Shown one piece after another: positions 19,770 to 28,718 of a stretch of DNA of 64,000 bases. The stretch's first letter is position 1. Every line of letters starts with the position of its first letter. Under the pieces are notes generated by a model, which was given only the letters and a program-made list of their open reading frames with translations, was not told the DNA's origin and did no database searches. Origin of the DNA: an uncultured Chlamydiae bacterium (GTDB taxonomy: Bacteria; Chlamydiota; Chlamydiia; Chlamydiales; JAJFMB01); NCBI GenBank assembly GCA_963696295.1, contig CAVOJR010000001.1, positions 1,024,001 to 1,088,000 of the forward strand. The letters are read 5' to 3'. The translations under genes were made by a program, and so were the position numbers.

Positions 19770-21293
19770 CTAATAAGACTTGGCGAAAATGGCGTCAATC
19801 GTCGCCGGTTTGCCGGTCAGCAGGCATTTCCCTTGCGTGCCGCTCTGGTTTAAGGGCAGGCAGCGGATAGTCACTTTCAGCTCATCCAGCATTTTCTCCG
19901 ATTCGGGATCGCCGCACCACTTGCCTATCACAAAGCCGCCATGGATTTCGGGCTTATCAGGGTTTTTAGGGGTGAAAAAGGCCTTCAGCTGCTCAAAATT
20001 TTCAATATTGCGGTAAAGATGCTTATCGCGATACTCAACGGCCTTCGTGAACAGGTTGTTTTGCATCGCATCCAGCAGCGCGGGGATTTCCCTCGGGAGA
20101 TCATCGATCGATATTTTCTGCTTCTCTTTGTGGTCTTTATCCCGGCGCATCACCATCACGGTATTCGATTCGACGTCGCGCGGACCCACCTCAATGCGGA
20201 GCGGCACTCCCTTTTTGATCCATTCCCAATTCTTCTCCCCGCCCCGCTTATCGCGCTTATCCACAAAGACGGTAATGGGAAGGCCGCTGTAGCTCGCCTG
20301 CTGCAGGCTGTGCGCGATCTTATCGGCGCAGGCATAGACTGCTTCCTCGAGTTCCGGCTTGGGCACCACAGGCAAAATAACCACTTGCTTGGGCGCGATG
20401 CGGGGAGGGAGGCGCAGGCCGTCATCATCGGAATGGCACATGATCATGCCGCCGATCATCCGGGTAGTGACTCCCCAAGAGGTAGTATAGGCATAGGACA
20501 ACTCCCCGTTCTGATCGCTGAACTTGATTTCGGCGGCTTTGGCGAAGTTTTGTCCCAGGAAATGGGAAGTGCCCGCCTGCAGGCTTTTTCGGTCCTGCAT
20601 CATCGCTTCCAGGCAATAGGTGTTCACGGCGCCGGGAAAACGCTCGCCGGCTGATTTCTCTCCCACAATCACGGGCATGGCCAGCATCTCTTCCATGAAG
20701 GAGCGATAGACTTCGAGCATTTTTAACGTCTCTTCGACAGCGTCTTTCTCAGTGGCATGGGCGGTATGCCCCTCTTGCCAGAGAAATTCGGTCGTGCGGA
20801 GGAAAATACGGGGGCGCATCTCCCATCTGACCACATTGGCCCACTGGTTGATGAGAAGGGGCAAGTCGCGATAGGAGGCCACCCAGCGGGAAAAGGCTTC
20901 CCCGATGATCGTTTCGGAAGTCGGGCGGACCACTAGAGGCTCTTCCAGCTTCCCGGTGGGAACCAGGCGGCCGTTCTGCTCTTCCAGGCGATGGTGGGTC
21001 ACCACGGCGCATTCTTTGGCAAAACCTTCCACGTGCTTGGCTTCCTTTTCGAAGAAACTCAAAGGGATAAAGAGGGGGAAATAGACGTTCTCATGGCCGG
21101 TCGCCTTGATCCGGGCATCCAGATCTTTTTGAATATTTTCCCATATGGCGTACCCCCACTGCTTGATAATCATACAGCCGCGCACAGGGGCGTTTTCGGC
21201 GAGATCCGCCGCCTTGATCACCTGCTGGTACCATTCGGGATAATCTTCCTCTCTTCTCGGGGAGATTGCGCACTTCTCTTCTTTCGTCATCAT
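19770..21293 (-). CDS. proS: Proline--tRNA ligase, archaeal/eukaryote-like type
   Basis: RPTSET, QWANVVRWE, FLWQEGH, QAGTSHFLGQNF, C-terminal FAKSY; no editing insertion. Confidence 0.97.
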   Translation of the reverse strand: MMTKEEKCAISPRREEDYPEWYQQVIKAADLAENAPVRGCMIIKQWGYAIWENIQKDLDARIKATGHENVYFPLFIPLSFFEKEAKHVEGFAKECAVVTHHRLEEQNGRLVPTGKLEEPLVVRPTSETIIGEAFSRWVASYRDLPLLINQWANVVRWEMRPRIFLRTTEFLWQEGHTAHATEKDAVEETLKMLEVYRSFMEEMLAMPVIVGEKSAGERFPGAVNTYCLEAMMQDRKSLQAGTSHFLGQNFAKAAEIKFSDQNGELSYAYTTSWGVTTRMIGGMIMCHSDDDGLRLPPRIAPKQVVILPVVPKPELEEAVYACADKIAHSLQQASYSGLPITVFVDKRDKRGGEKNWEWIKKGVPLRIEVGPRDVESNTVMVMRRDKDHKEKQKISIDDLPREIPALLDAMQNNLFTKAVEYRDKHLYRNIENFEQLKAFFTPKNPDKPEIHGGFVIGKWCGDPESEKMLDELKVTIRCLPLNQSGTQGKCLLTGKPATIDAIFAKSY

Positions 21294-21325
21294 ATTTCAC
21301 CTCTCCTAAAGAGATTATCGCAAAG

Positions 21326-22699
21326 TCAATAAGAATTCAATAACCGAATTTTTGCAATTTCCAAACATCTTTTATAGACTAATTCCGGCTGATGAACCAC
21401 CCGGTGATAAACTTGGGCAAATAAAAGAGTATTATATTGACTTCGCTCGGCTGTCAGCAAACCGATCTGCCTGTTTAAACGATTTAATGTACTATTTAAT
21501 CCTTCAAGACGGATCTCATAAGGTTTTTTTTGCTCCTTCGCCAAATTCAATTGAGAAATTAACTTTTGTTTTTTTTCCCATAGCCTCTCTTGTTCTTTGT
21601 GCAGAGCGAGCTGACTATGAAGGATCTGGCGCTGCACCAAAAAGTGTTTTTTTTCCCCTTCCAGCCCCCTGATTTTTAGATCGAGCCTTTCCAAAGCCCC
21701 TTGCGCGGCCTGGTTTTCTTTGAGGATCGCTTCCCTCTCCTTTCCCAGTTGTTTGAGCTCCTGTTTTACCGCGCTTCCTTTTTTTAAGCCAAGCCGCACA
21801 AGGGATTTGAGGTGCAAGATGTTTTCAGCGAGGAGATCGACCCGGCAAGCCGTTTGATAGGCTTCGACAAAGGACTTGAGCAGGGTGTGCGGAGAGACTT
21901 CATACCTGGTATAGTTTTTGCGGCAGCTCGTATGGCACGAAAACCTCTCGGAAGCAGACTCGGTGTGCCCGCAAGGTAAAAGCTGCGGGTCCTTGTAGAG
22001 GCCACCCGAAACTTTGTCAAAGAGCAGTTCATAGGGCAGGGGTTTGAGGTTGTCTGTATTCCAGTAATTGGCTAATTCTATCGTCTTAAAATCTCTTCGC
22101 AAAGAGTTGCGGCAGGCCTTTTCAAAGAGGGCTTCATTCTGTATTTCTGAAAAAAAACCACCCGAATGGGGATTTTTCCTCAAGAGCGCGACAGTCTTCG
22201 AAACGCTTTCCAAAACCTGGAACCGTCCCTCGCGATAAAAGTAACCGAGCGCATAAGCATTGACCGTAATGCCAGAGGGCAGCCGGGCAGCCTCCAGCAA
22301 AAGCTCTTTGCTGAGCGGGCATATCAATGCTTCCCGAAGCCTTTTTTGAGGAAAGGGGGTTCTGCCTGTTTCAATCCACCCCTCCTTCTCTTCGCTGCAC
22401 CTTTGCAGCAATGCGTTGACTTTTTCAATCTCCAGATCCAATTGGCCAAAAGCTCTTTTCGTGGCTGAATTATCAGCGGGAGGCGGCGTATCGGCAACCA
22501 GGTTTAAGCCTCTGATCAAGGCATCAATATAAGCATTGGAAGCTTGTATGACATTCCTGATCTCCTTAGTGAGATCCTCGCTTTGAATAATCCGGCGCAA
22601 GGAACTGATTCTGACATCAATCTCTAGATGATACTTCTCGACAGCAAGAGAAATGGCCCCCTCATAGTAAGAAACTGTAGGCAAAAAAACTCTGTTCAT
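21326..22699 (-). CDS. Protein with two U-box/RING-like motifs and a C-terminal coiled coil
   Basis: ALICPLSKELLLEAARLPSGIT and LLFDKVSGGLYKDPQLLPCGHT...PHTLLKSFVEAY. Confidence 0.7.
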   Translation of the reverse strand: MNRVFLPTVSYYEGAISLAVEKYHLEIDVRISSLRRIIQSEDLTKEIRNVIQASNAYIDALIRGLNLVADTPPPADNSATKRAFGQLDLEIEKVNALLQRCSEEKEGWIETGRTPFPQKRLREALICPLSKELLLEAARLPSGITVNAYALGYFYREGRFQVLESVSKTVALLRKNPHSGGFFSEIQNEALFEKACRNSLRRDFKTIELANYWNTDNLKPLPYELLFDKVSGGLYKDPQLLPCGHTESASERFSCHTSCRKNYTRYEVSPHTLLKSFVEAYQTACRVDLLAENILHLKSLVRLGLKKGSAVKQELKQLGKEREAILKENQAAQGALERLDLKIRGLEGEKKHFLVQRQILHSQLALHKEQERLWEKKQKLISQLNLAKEQKKPYEIRLEGLNSTLNRLNRQIGLLTAERSQYNTLLFAQVYHRVVHQPELVYKRCLEIAKIRLLNSY

Positions 22700-22716
22700 G
22701 ATAGTGAATATATCAT

Positions 22717-24273
22717 ATGAGACATTTAATCGTCATTTTGTGCCTGCTGCTCACAGCACTTGCCCAGGCCAAAAAACCCTGTGGAACGGTGCCTTATCCC
22801 TCAAATACGGGCTATGTCACTCCCGATCCCATTCTGAAATCTTCAGAAGTATGGAGCTTTGTCAGCGAGCCCGATCTGCATCCCATGAAAGTGACCGTGA
22901 ATACCCTAAAGCCTGGCACCTCTCCCGGCCTGATCTTTGTCGCCCCTTATGCCTTTTCAGCCGATGCCATTTATGGTCAGCCGGGATCCCTGATACTCGA
23001 TAGCGAGGGAAACCCAATTTGGTTCCGCCCTTTAAACAGCCCCAATTTGATGAATACCGATTTCCGGATGCAAAAATTACATGGGAAACCGGTGCTGACT
23101 TTCTGGCAAGGCACGCTGGCCACCCCGCCCGCCTACACTAATGTGCCCGCAGGCTCCTCTGAGCCCGGTTCCTGCTACTATATCCTGGATAACCGTTACC
23201 AGGTAATAAAAACAGTCTCGGCAAAAAAGGGTTTCATTTCCGATATTCATGAATTCCTCCTCACACCGGATAATACAGCCCTTTTCCTTTCAACGAAACT
23301 GGTGCCGATGGATTTGACCCCTTATGGTGGCCCTCAAGATGGTTATGTCCAGGATTTTGCGATCCAGGAAATCGATCTGGAAACAGGCGAATTGCTATTT
23401 TTCTGGGACGCCTTAGAGCATATTCCCCTTTCAGATTCGTATGAGAAAGCCTCAACAATCTGGGATGCTTACCATTTAAATTCTTTAGGTCTGACAGACA
23501 ACAAACGGGAAATTTTACTGTCGGGTCGCAATACGTGGACCCTCTATAAGATAAATAAGCGAAAGGGCAAAATTGTTTGGCAGCTCGGCGGCAAGCACAG
23601 TGATTTCACGATTGAGAGCGGGGCGGAATTTTCCTGGCAGCACGATGCGCGCTTTTTGCCCCATAACCGCATCAGTTTATTTGACGACAACTGTTGCGAA
23701 AGCTCCATAATCCCTCCTGGAACCCCCTATGCGCATGGATTGGTGCTGCAATTAAACCTGGACAAAATGACGGCCAGTTTGAAGCGCTCCTATTATCACG
23801 ATCCCAACCTGCAGGTGGGATCGCAGGGTAGTGTACAAAGTCTAAAAAACGGCAACAAGTTTATCGGCTGGGGGGAATCGCAATATTTTTCAGAATACAG
23901 AAGACCCGGCAACAACGTTAACGATCCCGCTTTAAACACCGTCTATGACGCTGAAATGCCCGGCAGCAATTACACCTATCGCGCCTATCGCGACGATTGG
24001 GTGGCTACCCCCCGCTACCGGCCGAGTATCGCCGTAAAATCGAAAAATGGGAAGATCACCGTGTACGCCTCATGGAACGGCTCTACCGAAACGCGCGCCT
24101 GGCGGGTCTATGCCGGCCGCTGCCCGAACAACTTATGCTCCGTCAAAAGCGCCCCCAAAACGGGCTTTGAGACGGCGATTGGGGAGCCCTGTCCCGGGCC
24201 TTATTTTATGGTAAAAGCCCTCAATGGGAAGGGCAGGGTCATCGGGGTGTCAAGGGTGGTCCGTCTGGAATAG
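22717..24273 (+). CDS. Arylsulfotransferase (ASST) family protein, exported
   Basis: Signal peptide; DIHEF, DAYHLNS, WQLGGK, FSWQHDAR, SQGSVQ, YRAYR, SWNGSTE. Confidence 0.9.
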   Translation: MRHLIVILCLLLTALAQAKKPCGTVPYPSNTGYVTPDPILKSSEVWSFVSEPDLHPMKVTVNTLKPGTSPGLIFVAPYAFSADAIYGQPGSLILDSEGNPIWFRPLNSPNLMNTDFRMQKLHGKPVLTFWQGTLATPPAYTNVPAGSSEPGSCYYILDNRYQVIKTVSAKKGFISDIHEFLLTPDNTALFLSTKLVPMDLTPYGGPQDGYVQDFAIQEIDLETGELLFFWDALEHIPLSDSYEKASTIWDAYHLNSLGLTDNKREILLSGRNTWTLYKINKRKGKIVWQLGGKHSDFTIESGAEFSWQHDARFLPHNRISLFDDNCCESSIIPPGTPYAHGLVLQLNLDKMTASLKRSYYHDPNLQVGSQGSVQSLKNGNKFIGWGESQYFSEYRRPGNNVNDPALNTVYDAEMPGSNYTYRAYRDDWVATPRYRPSIAVKSKNGKITVYASWNGSTETRAWRVYAGRCPNNLCSVKSAPKTGFETAIGEPCPGPYFMVKALNGKGRVIGVSRVVRLE

Positions 24274-24275
24274 CG

Positions 24276-25004
24276 TTATTCCTCGTCCGGCAGATTCATG
24301 TTGTGGTAAACCGCATCGACATCGTCCAAATCCTCGAGCCACTGCACCAGCTCCATGTTCGCCTTCGCCGTTTCCTCATCCACATCGACGTTCGTTTTAG
24401 GGATCATCTCCAGGTTAGCCTCTTCAACCACATACCCCTTGTTTGAGAGGATCTCCTTGACATTATAGAGGTCTTGAGGACCGGTGGTGATCAGGTATTT
24501 GTCGCCGGAAACCTCAAAATCTTCAGCGCCCGCTTCAGTCGCCGCCAGGAACAATTCATCCTCAGGGATATTATTTTTGGGGACCAGGATAATCCCTTTC
24601 TGATCGAAATTGTAAAGCACGGCCCCAGGACTCGCAATATTGCCCCCTTTCTTGTTCGTGGCAATGCGCATATCGGATGCTGTCCGGTTTTTATTATCGG
24701 TCATCACTTCGACCACAATGCCGACGCCGCCATGCCCATAAAGCTCATAGGTCAACTCGGTAAAGTCCCCCTGGTCACTGCTGGAGGCCTTTTTGATGTT
24801 CCTCTCGATCACATCGTTTGAGACGTTGGCGACCTTCGCTTTCTGGAGAACGAGGCGCAAACGGGGATTTCCAGCAGGATCGGGACCGCCGAGCTTTACG
24901 GCGCTGATGATCTCTTTGGCGATGCGGGAAAATATTTTCCCCTTCTTCGCATCGGCTCGTTCTTTACGAAATTTGATATTTGCCCATTTGCTGTGACCTG
25001 CCAT
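24276..25004 (-). CDS. yebC: YebC/PmpR family protein
   Basis: MAGHSKWANIK, YELYGHGG, TDNKNRT, DLDDVDAVYHN. Confidence 0.97.
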   Translation of the reverse strand: MAGHSKWANIKFRKERADAKKGKIFSRIAKEIISAVKLGGPDPAGNPRLRLVLQKAKVANVSNDVIERNIKKASSSDQGDFTELTYELYGHGGVGIVVEVMTDNKNRTASDMRIATNKKGGNIASPGAVLYNFDQKGIILVPKNNIPEDELFLAATEAGAEDFEVSGDKYLITTGPQDLYNVKEILSNKGYVVEEANLEMIPKTNVDVDEETAKANMELVQWLEDLDDVDAVYHNMNLPDEE

Positions 25005-25013
25005 CTCTCCTCC

Positions 25014-25742
25014 CTAGTCCAGCTTAGCGAACATATCCGCCTGGTGCTCTTCGATCCATTGCATGGCTTCGTCGTAAGCGTGGAACTGCTTTTCCAATTT
25101 TTTAAATTCTTTACTATGAATATTCCTTTTACCAGATTGCTCGACGTAGGATGGGCTCACATGGTGCAGAATTTCGTGGTAAACCACAAATTCCACGACA
25201 AAAGAGGGCACATCGGGGCAATCGAGCAGGCGGTTGATTTTTATTAACTTCATCGAATCGTAATACAAACCAAACGTGACTTGGGAGCGGTTGCGCTTTT
25301 CCCTGATCCCATACCAGGTAATCAAAAGATCCACCTTGTCGTCGAAGTAGGTTCTGTTCACTTTTTCATAGATTTCCGCTAAATCGTGAACCTCCCCTCT
25401 CGTGCACAGATTCTCTTGATCAAGCAGATGGGAGTAGTCCAGCTTATGCCAGCTCTCTTCGATAAAGGCTTTTATGGCCGGGCTTAAACCCCTTTGCTTT
25501 TTTCTCAGATAATAGGCGAGATCCTCAAGGACATCGTTGGGCGCGTCCAGAAATATGCGGTGCAGGGAAACCCGCGTGTGGCTTCTCTCCCACTTGACGC
25601 TGAGCATTGAAGTTCGGTTGTCGTTGATTTTCAGTTGTAATTTCTTACCAACCTTAGTCTCCAGATTTTTCTGGAAACCGCTCGACTCTCCTTCACTTCG
25701 ATAGCTCTTTTTCCATAAAAATCCGCGCTGTATAGCTGCCAT
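25014..25742 (-). CDS. SprT-like zinc metalloprotease domain protein (start uncertain)
   Basis: VVYHEILHH...HSKEF; VNRTYF. Confidence 0.8.
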   Translation of the reverse strand: MAAIQRGFLWKKSYRSEGESSGFQKNLETKVGKKLQLKINDNRTSMLSVKWERSHTRVSLHRIFLDAPNDVLEDLAYYLRKKQRGLSPAIKAFIEESWHKLDYSHLLDQENLCTRGEVHDLAEIYEKVNRTYFDDKVDLLITWYGIREKRNRSQVTFGLYYDSMKLIKINRLLDCPDVPSFVVEFVVYHEILHHVSPSYVEQSGKRNIHSKEFKKLEKQFHAYDEAMQWIEEHQADMFAKLD

Positions 25743-26193
25743 CTTTTTCTTTAATCCAACGATTTTGTTTACCAAACTCTTTAAAACCGAATCTTTCATA
25801 TAATTTTATAGCCGGGTTGCCCCCATAAACCTGCAAATGCAGTAATTCGATATTAAAGTATTTTTTCGCCAAATTTTCCAAATTCTTGAGCAAATCGGAA
25901 CCGATCCCTTTATTGCGGTGCTTGCTTCCGACAACGATACCAAATTCGCACTGATGGGCAATTCTTTTATAAGGGTTGAGATAAAGGGTGGCAAGTCCGC
26001 ATGGCTCTCCCTGGTAAAGCGCGGTCAAGCTGCACTTATAGCGGTAGAAGCTGATCCAGCGGTGCACGGCATCGTCAACCTCCATCTCGTCGCTCATGGG
26101 AAAGCAATAATAAACGTTGGGGTCCATCAGCCATTCCTTAAGGTATTTGGCGTCCCCTTGCTCAGTATATCGTATTTCTACTTCTTCGCTCAT
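25693..26193 (-). CDS. GNAT N-acetyltransferase
   Basis: HRNKGIGS, NPAIKLYERFGF. Confidence 0.9.
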   Translation of the reverse strand: MSEEVEIRYTEQGDAKYLKEWLMDPNVYYCFPMSDEMEVDDAVHRWISFYRYKCSLTALYQGEPCGLATLYLNPYKRIAHQCEFGIVVGSKHRNKGIGSDLLKNLENLAKKYFNIELLHLQVYGGNPAIKLYERFGFKEFGKQNRWIKEKDGSYTARIFMEKELSK

Positions 26194-26197
26194 TCTA

Positions 26198-27299
26198 TCA
26201 CCCGAATTCTTTTAAATAAGCATTGACGAATTCGTCAATATCTCCATCCATGACCGCTTCAACATTCCCGTTCTCGACTTTAGTGCGCGTGTCTTTGACT
26301 AAAGTATAGGGCTGAAAAACATAATTGCGAATTTGGCTTCCCCATGCAATCTCTTTTTTCTCTCCGCCCATTTGTTCGATCTTTTTTTCCCTGGCCAGTA
26401 CCTGCATCTCATACAGTTTTGAACGCAGCATCTTAAAGCAGGCCTCCTTATTTTGGAGCTGGCTGCGCTGGCTTTGGCACGATACTACCAGGCCGGTCGG
26501 CATATGGGTAATGCGGACGGCCGAATCGGTCCGGTTCACGTGCTGGCCGCCGGCACCTGAGGCGCGGAAAGTGTCTACCCTGATATCATCCGGCTCTATT
26601 TCAACGGTAATATCATCCGTAATCTCGGGTGTGACGTCGACCGAGGCAAAACTTGTGTGGCGCCTTGCGCCGCTGTCGAAAGGGGAAATGCGTACCAGGC
26701 GGTGCACCCCTCTCTCCGCCTTGGCAAAGCCGAAGGCAAAATCGCCGGTAATTTTCAGGGTAATGCTCTTTATTCCGGCCACATCACCCTCGACGGTATC
26801 GATCACTTCACATTTCCAGCGGCGGCGGGAGGCCCAGCGCTGATACATACGCGACAGCATCAAGACCCAATCGCAGGCTTCCGTCCCTCCGGCCCCGGCA
26901 TTGATGCTCAGGTAGCAGCTTTTATCATCCAGCTCGCCTGAAAGCATTTTCTTCACTTCCATATCGCCGATGCTCTGCTCGATCTTTTGCAATTCTTCAG
27001 AGAGCTCCTTGATCAGCTCCTCCTCCCCCATATCGACGGCTTCCGGGAGAAGCGCTTTGACATCGTTAAAGCGGCGCATCAGGTCGTGATAAGGGACGGT
27101 CCAGGCGCGGAGACGGTTGCATTCGGCTATAGTCGCCTGAGCTTTCTCGTTATTGTCCCAAAATCCGGGTTCTTCGATAAATTTTTCCAACTCTTTGACT
27201 TTGGCTTCCTTGTTAGCCAAGTCAAAGATACCTCAGCATGTGAGAGAGTCTGGCTTCGATATCGATAAGCTTTTGTTCCATTTCGTTCTTATTCATCAT
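26198..27299 (-). CDS. prfB: Peptide chain release factor 2 with programmed +1 frameshift
   Basis: GGQ and SPF motifs; first frame ATG 27299 ... AGG TAT CTT TGA C (CTTTGAC at 27227-27221), second frame continues DLANKE. Confidence 0.97.
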
Positions 27300-27501
27300 A
27301 CTCCTAGAGTTATTCAAAGACTATTATACACTTAAATGACAATAAATTAAAGAAAAAAAGACTGAAAACCGCATCATGACAAAGTCACATCAAAAGCCAA
27401 ATGGGGCTAGTTTTGACTAAAGCAAACCCCATTTGCGATCTTCAAACCGCGGGGCTTTCACCCCAAAAAATGTTTTTGGTTAATGTGACTGTATCAAGCT
27501 A

Positions 27502-27530
27502 TTGACAGAAATACTGTACCTCCCTAATAT
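27502..27530 (+). promoter_or_regulatory. Sigma66/70-type promoter
   Basis: TTGACA-17 nt-TAATAT upstream of 27568. Confidence 0.65.
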
Positions 27531-27567
27531 TAGGAGGTTTTATGTTTTTTTCTTTTAGTTTTAAAAA

Positions 27568-27978
27568 ATGGGAGTAAAAATGGCTATTGATACAATTAAT
27601 CATTTCGACATATCGGGCATTAAAGATTTCGGCGTTCGGGTTTTAGAGAATATACTCTGGGCCGGACGGGAAATTAAAACTTTTTTCTGCGACACGTTAG
27701 GCAGTAAAATTTCGACTATCTGGAATAACACCTTAGCTCCGGGATTAAGTTACTGCTACGGAGAGAGCTCTAAAATCGCTACTAACGCCTATACAAAGCT
27801 GCAGGAAACCCCCTATGGCTTAAATGCCTCATTGGGTGCAGCCGGGATCGGCCTCTATGCTCTGACCAGCGATGCTAAAGGCATCAAAGGCGCTGCCGCC
27901 AAGACAGTTTCTATCAGCATGATTGTTTTTTCAGCTGTGGGTCTTTACAAAGAGTACAAAGAGCGTACAGGCCTGTAA
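27568..27978 (+). CDS. Small membrane protein, Inc-like, paralog A
   Basis: C-terminal hydrophobic hairpin; WAGREIK/FFCDTL/YKEY shared with the next gene. Confidence 0.75.
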   Translation: MGVKMAIDTINHFDISGIKDFGVRVLENILWAGREIKTFFCDTLGSKISTIWNNTLAPGLSYCYGESSKIATNAYTKLQETPYGLNASLGAAGIGLYALTSDAKGIKGAAAKTVSISMIVFSAVGLYKEYKERTGL

Positions 27979-28028
27979 TTTTGTGAATGGGGCTTCTTTA
28001 GCCCCCCTTTTATAAAGGAGGAGTTTAC

Positions 28029-28328
28029 ATGTCTCTATCAACCATCCATACGTTTGATACGGCTTTTTTCCATGACTATGCCGATAAAGTGTATGAAGCG
28101 GTCGTTTGGCTTAGCCGGGAAATCAGGGCCTTTTTTTGCGATGACTTAAGCGGGAAGATTGCCGCAGTTTTCAACAAGGTACTGCAAACGCCGGGCATCA
28201 GGGTCAATGGGTGCATTTTCCTGTTGGGCTTCGGGGCATCCAGACAGAGCGGACCCGTCAAATTTGCCGGCCTTCCCCTGATGCTCCTGGCGCTTTACCG
28301 CACTTACAGAGAGTACATAGCTCTTTAG
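28029..28328 (+). CDS. Small membrane protein, Inc-like, paralog B
   Basis: aaggagg RBS; WLSREIR/FFCDDL/YREY. Confidence 0.75.
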   Translation: MSLSTIHTFDTAFFHDYADKVYEAVVWLSREIRAFFCDDLSGKIAAVFNKVLQTPGIRVNGCIFLLGFGASRQSGPVKFAGLPLMLLALYRTYREYIAL

Positions 28329-28718
28329 CAAATTGAGGGGCTAGCCGCCGTTTCCAGGCTCTTTACCGCACAAGTACATAGCTCTTTAGCAAATTGAGGG
28401 GCTCCGCACTATACGGCATTATATGGCTCTTTAGCAAATTGAGGGGCTCCGCGCTATACGGCATTATATGGCTCTTTAGCAAATTGAGGGACTCCGCGCT
28501 ATACGGCATTATATGGCTCTTTAGCAAATTGAGGGGCTCCGCGCTATACGGCATTATATGGCTCTTTAGCAAATTGAGGGGCTCCGCGCTATACGGCATT
28601 ATATGGCTCTTTAGCAAATTGAGGGGCTCCGCGCTATACGGCATTATATGGCTCTTTAGCAAATTGAGGGGCTCCGCGCTATACGGCATTATATGGCTCT
28701 TTAGCAAATTGAGGGGCT
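28320..28718. repeat. Tandem array of seven 45-bp units (28381-28695) with flanking partial copies
   Basis: Unit gctctttagcaaattgaggggctccgcgctatacggcattatatg, with single substitutions in units 1 and 3. Confidence 0.97.

Noticed and set aside
26198..27299. prfB as a pseudogene
   Set aside because: The break is the canonical CTT-TGA-C programmed frameshift.
28320..28718. CRISPR array
   Set aside because: The intervening sequences are essentially identical rather than unique, they derive from adjacent gene ends, and no cas genes are present.
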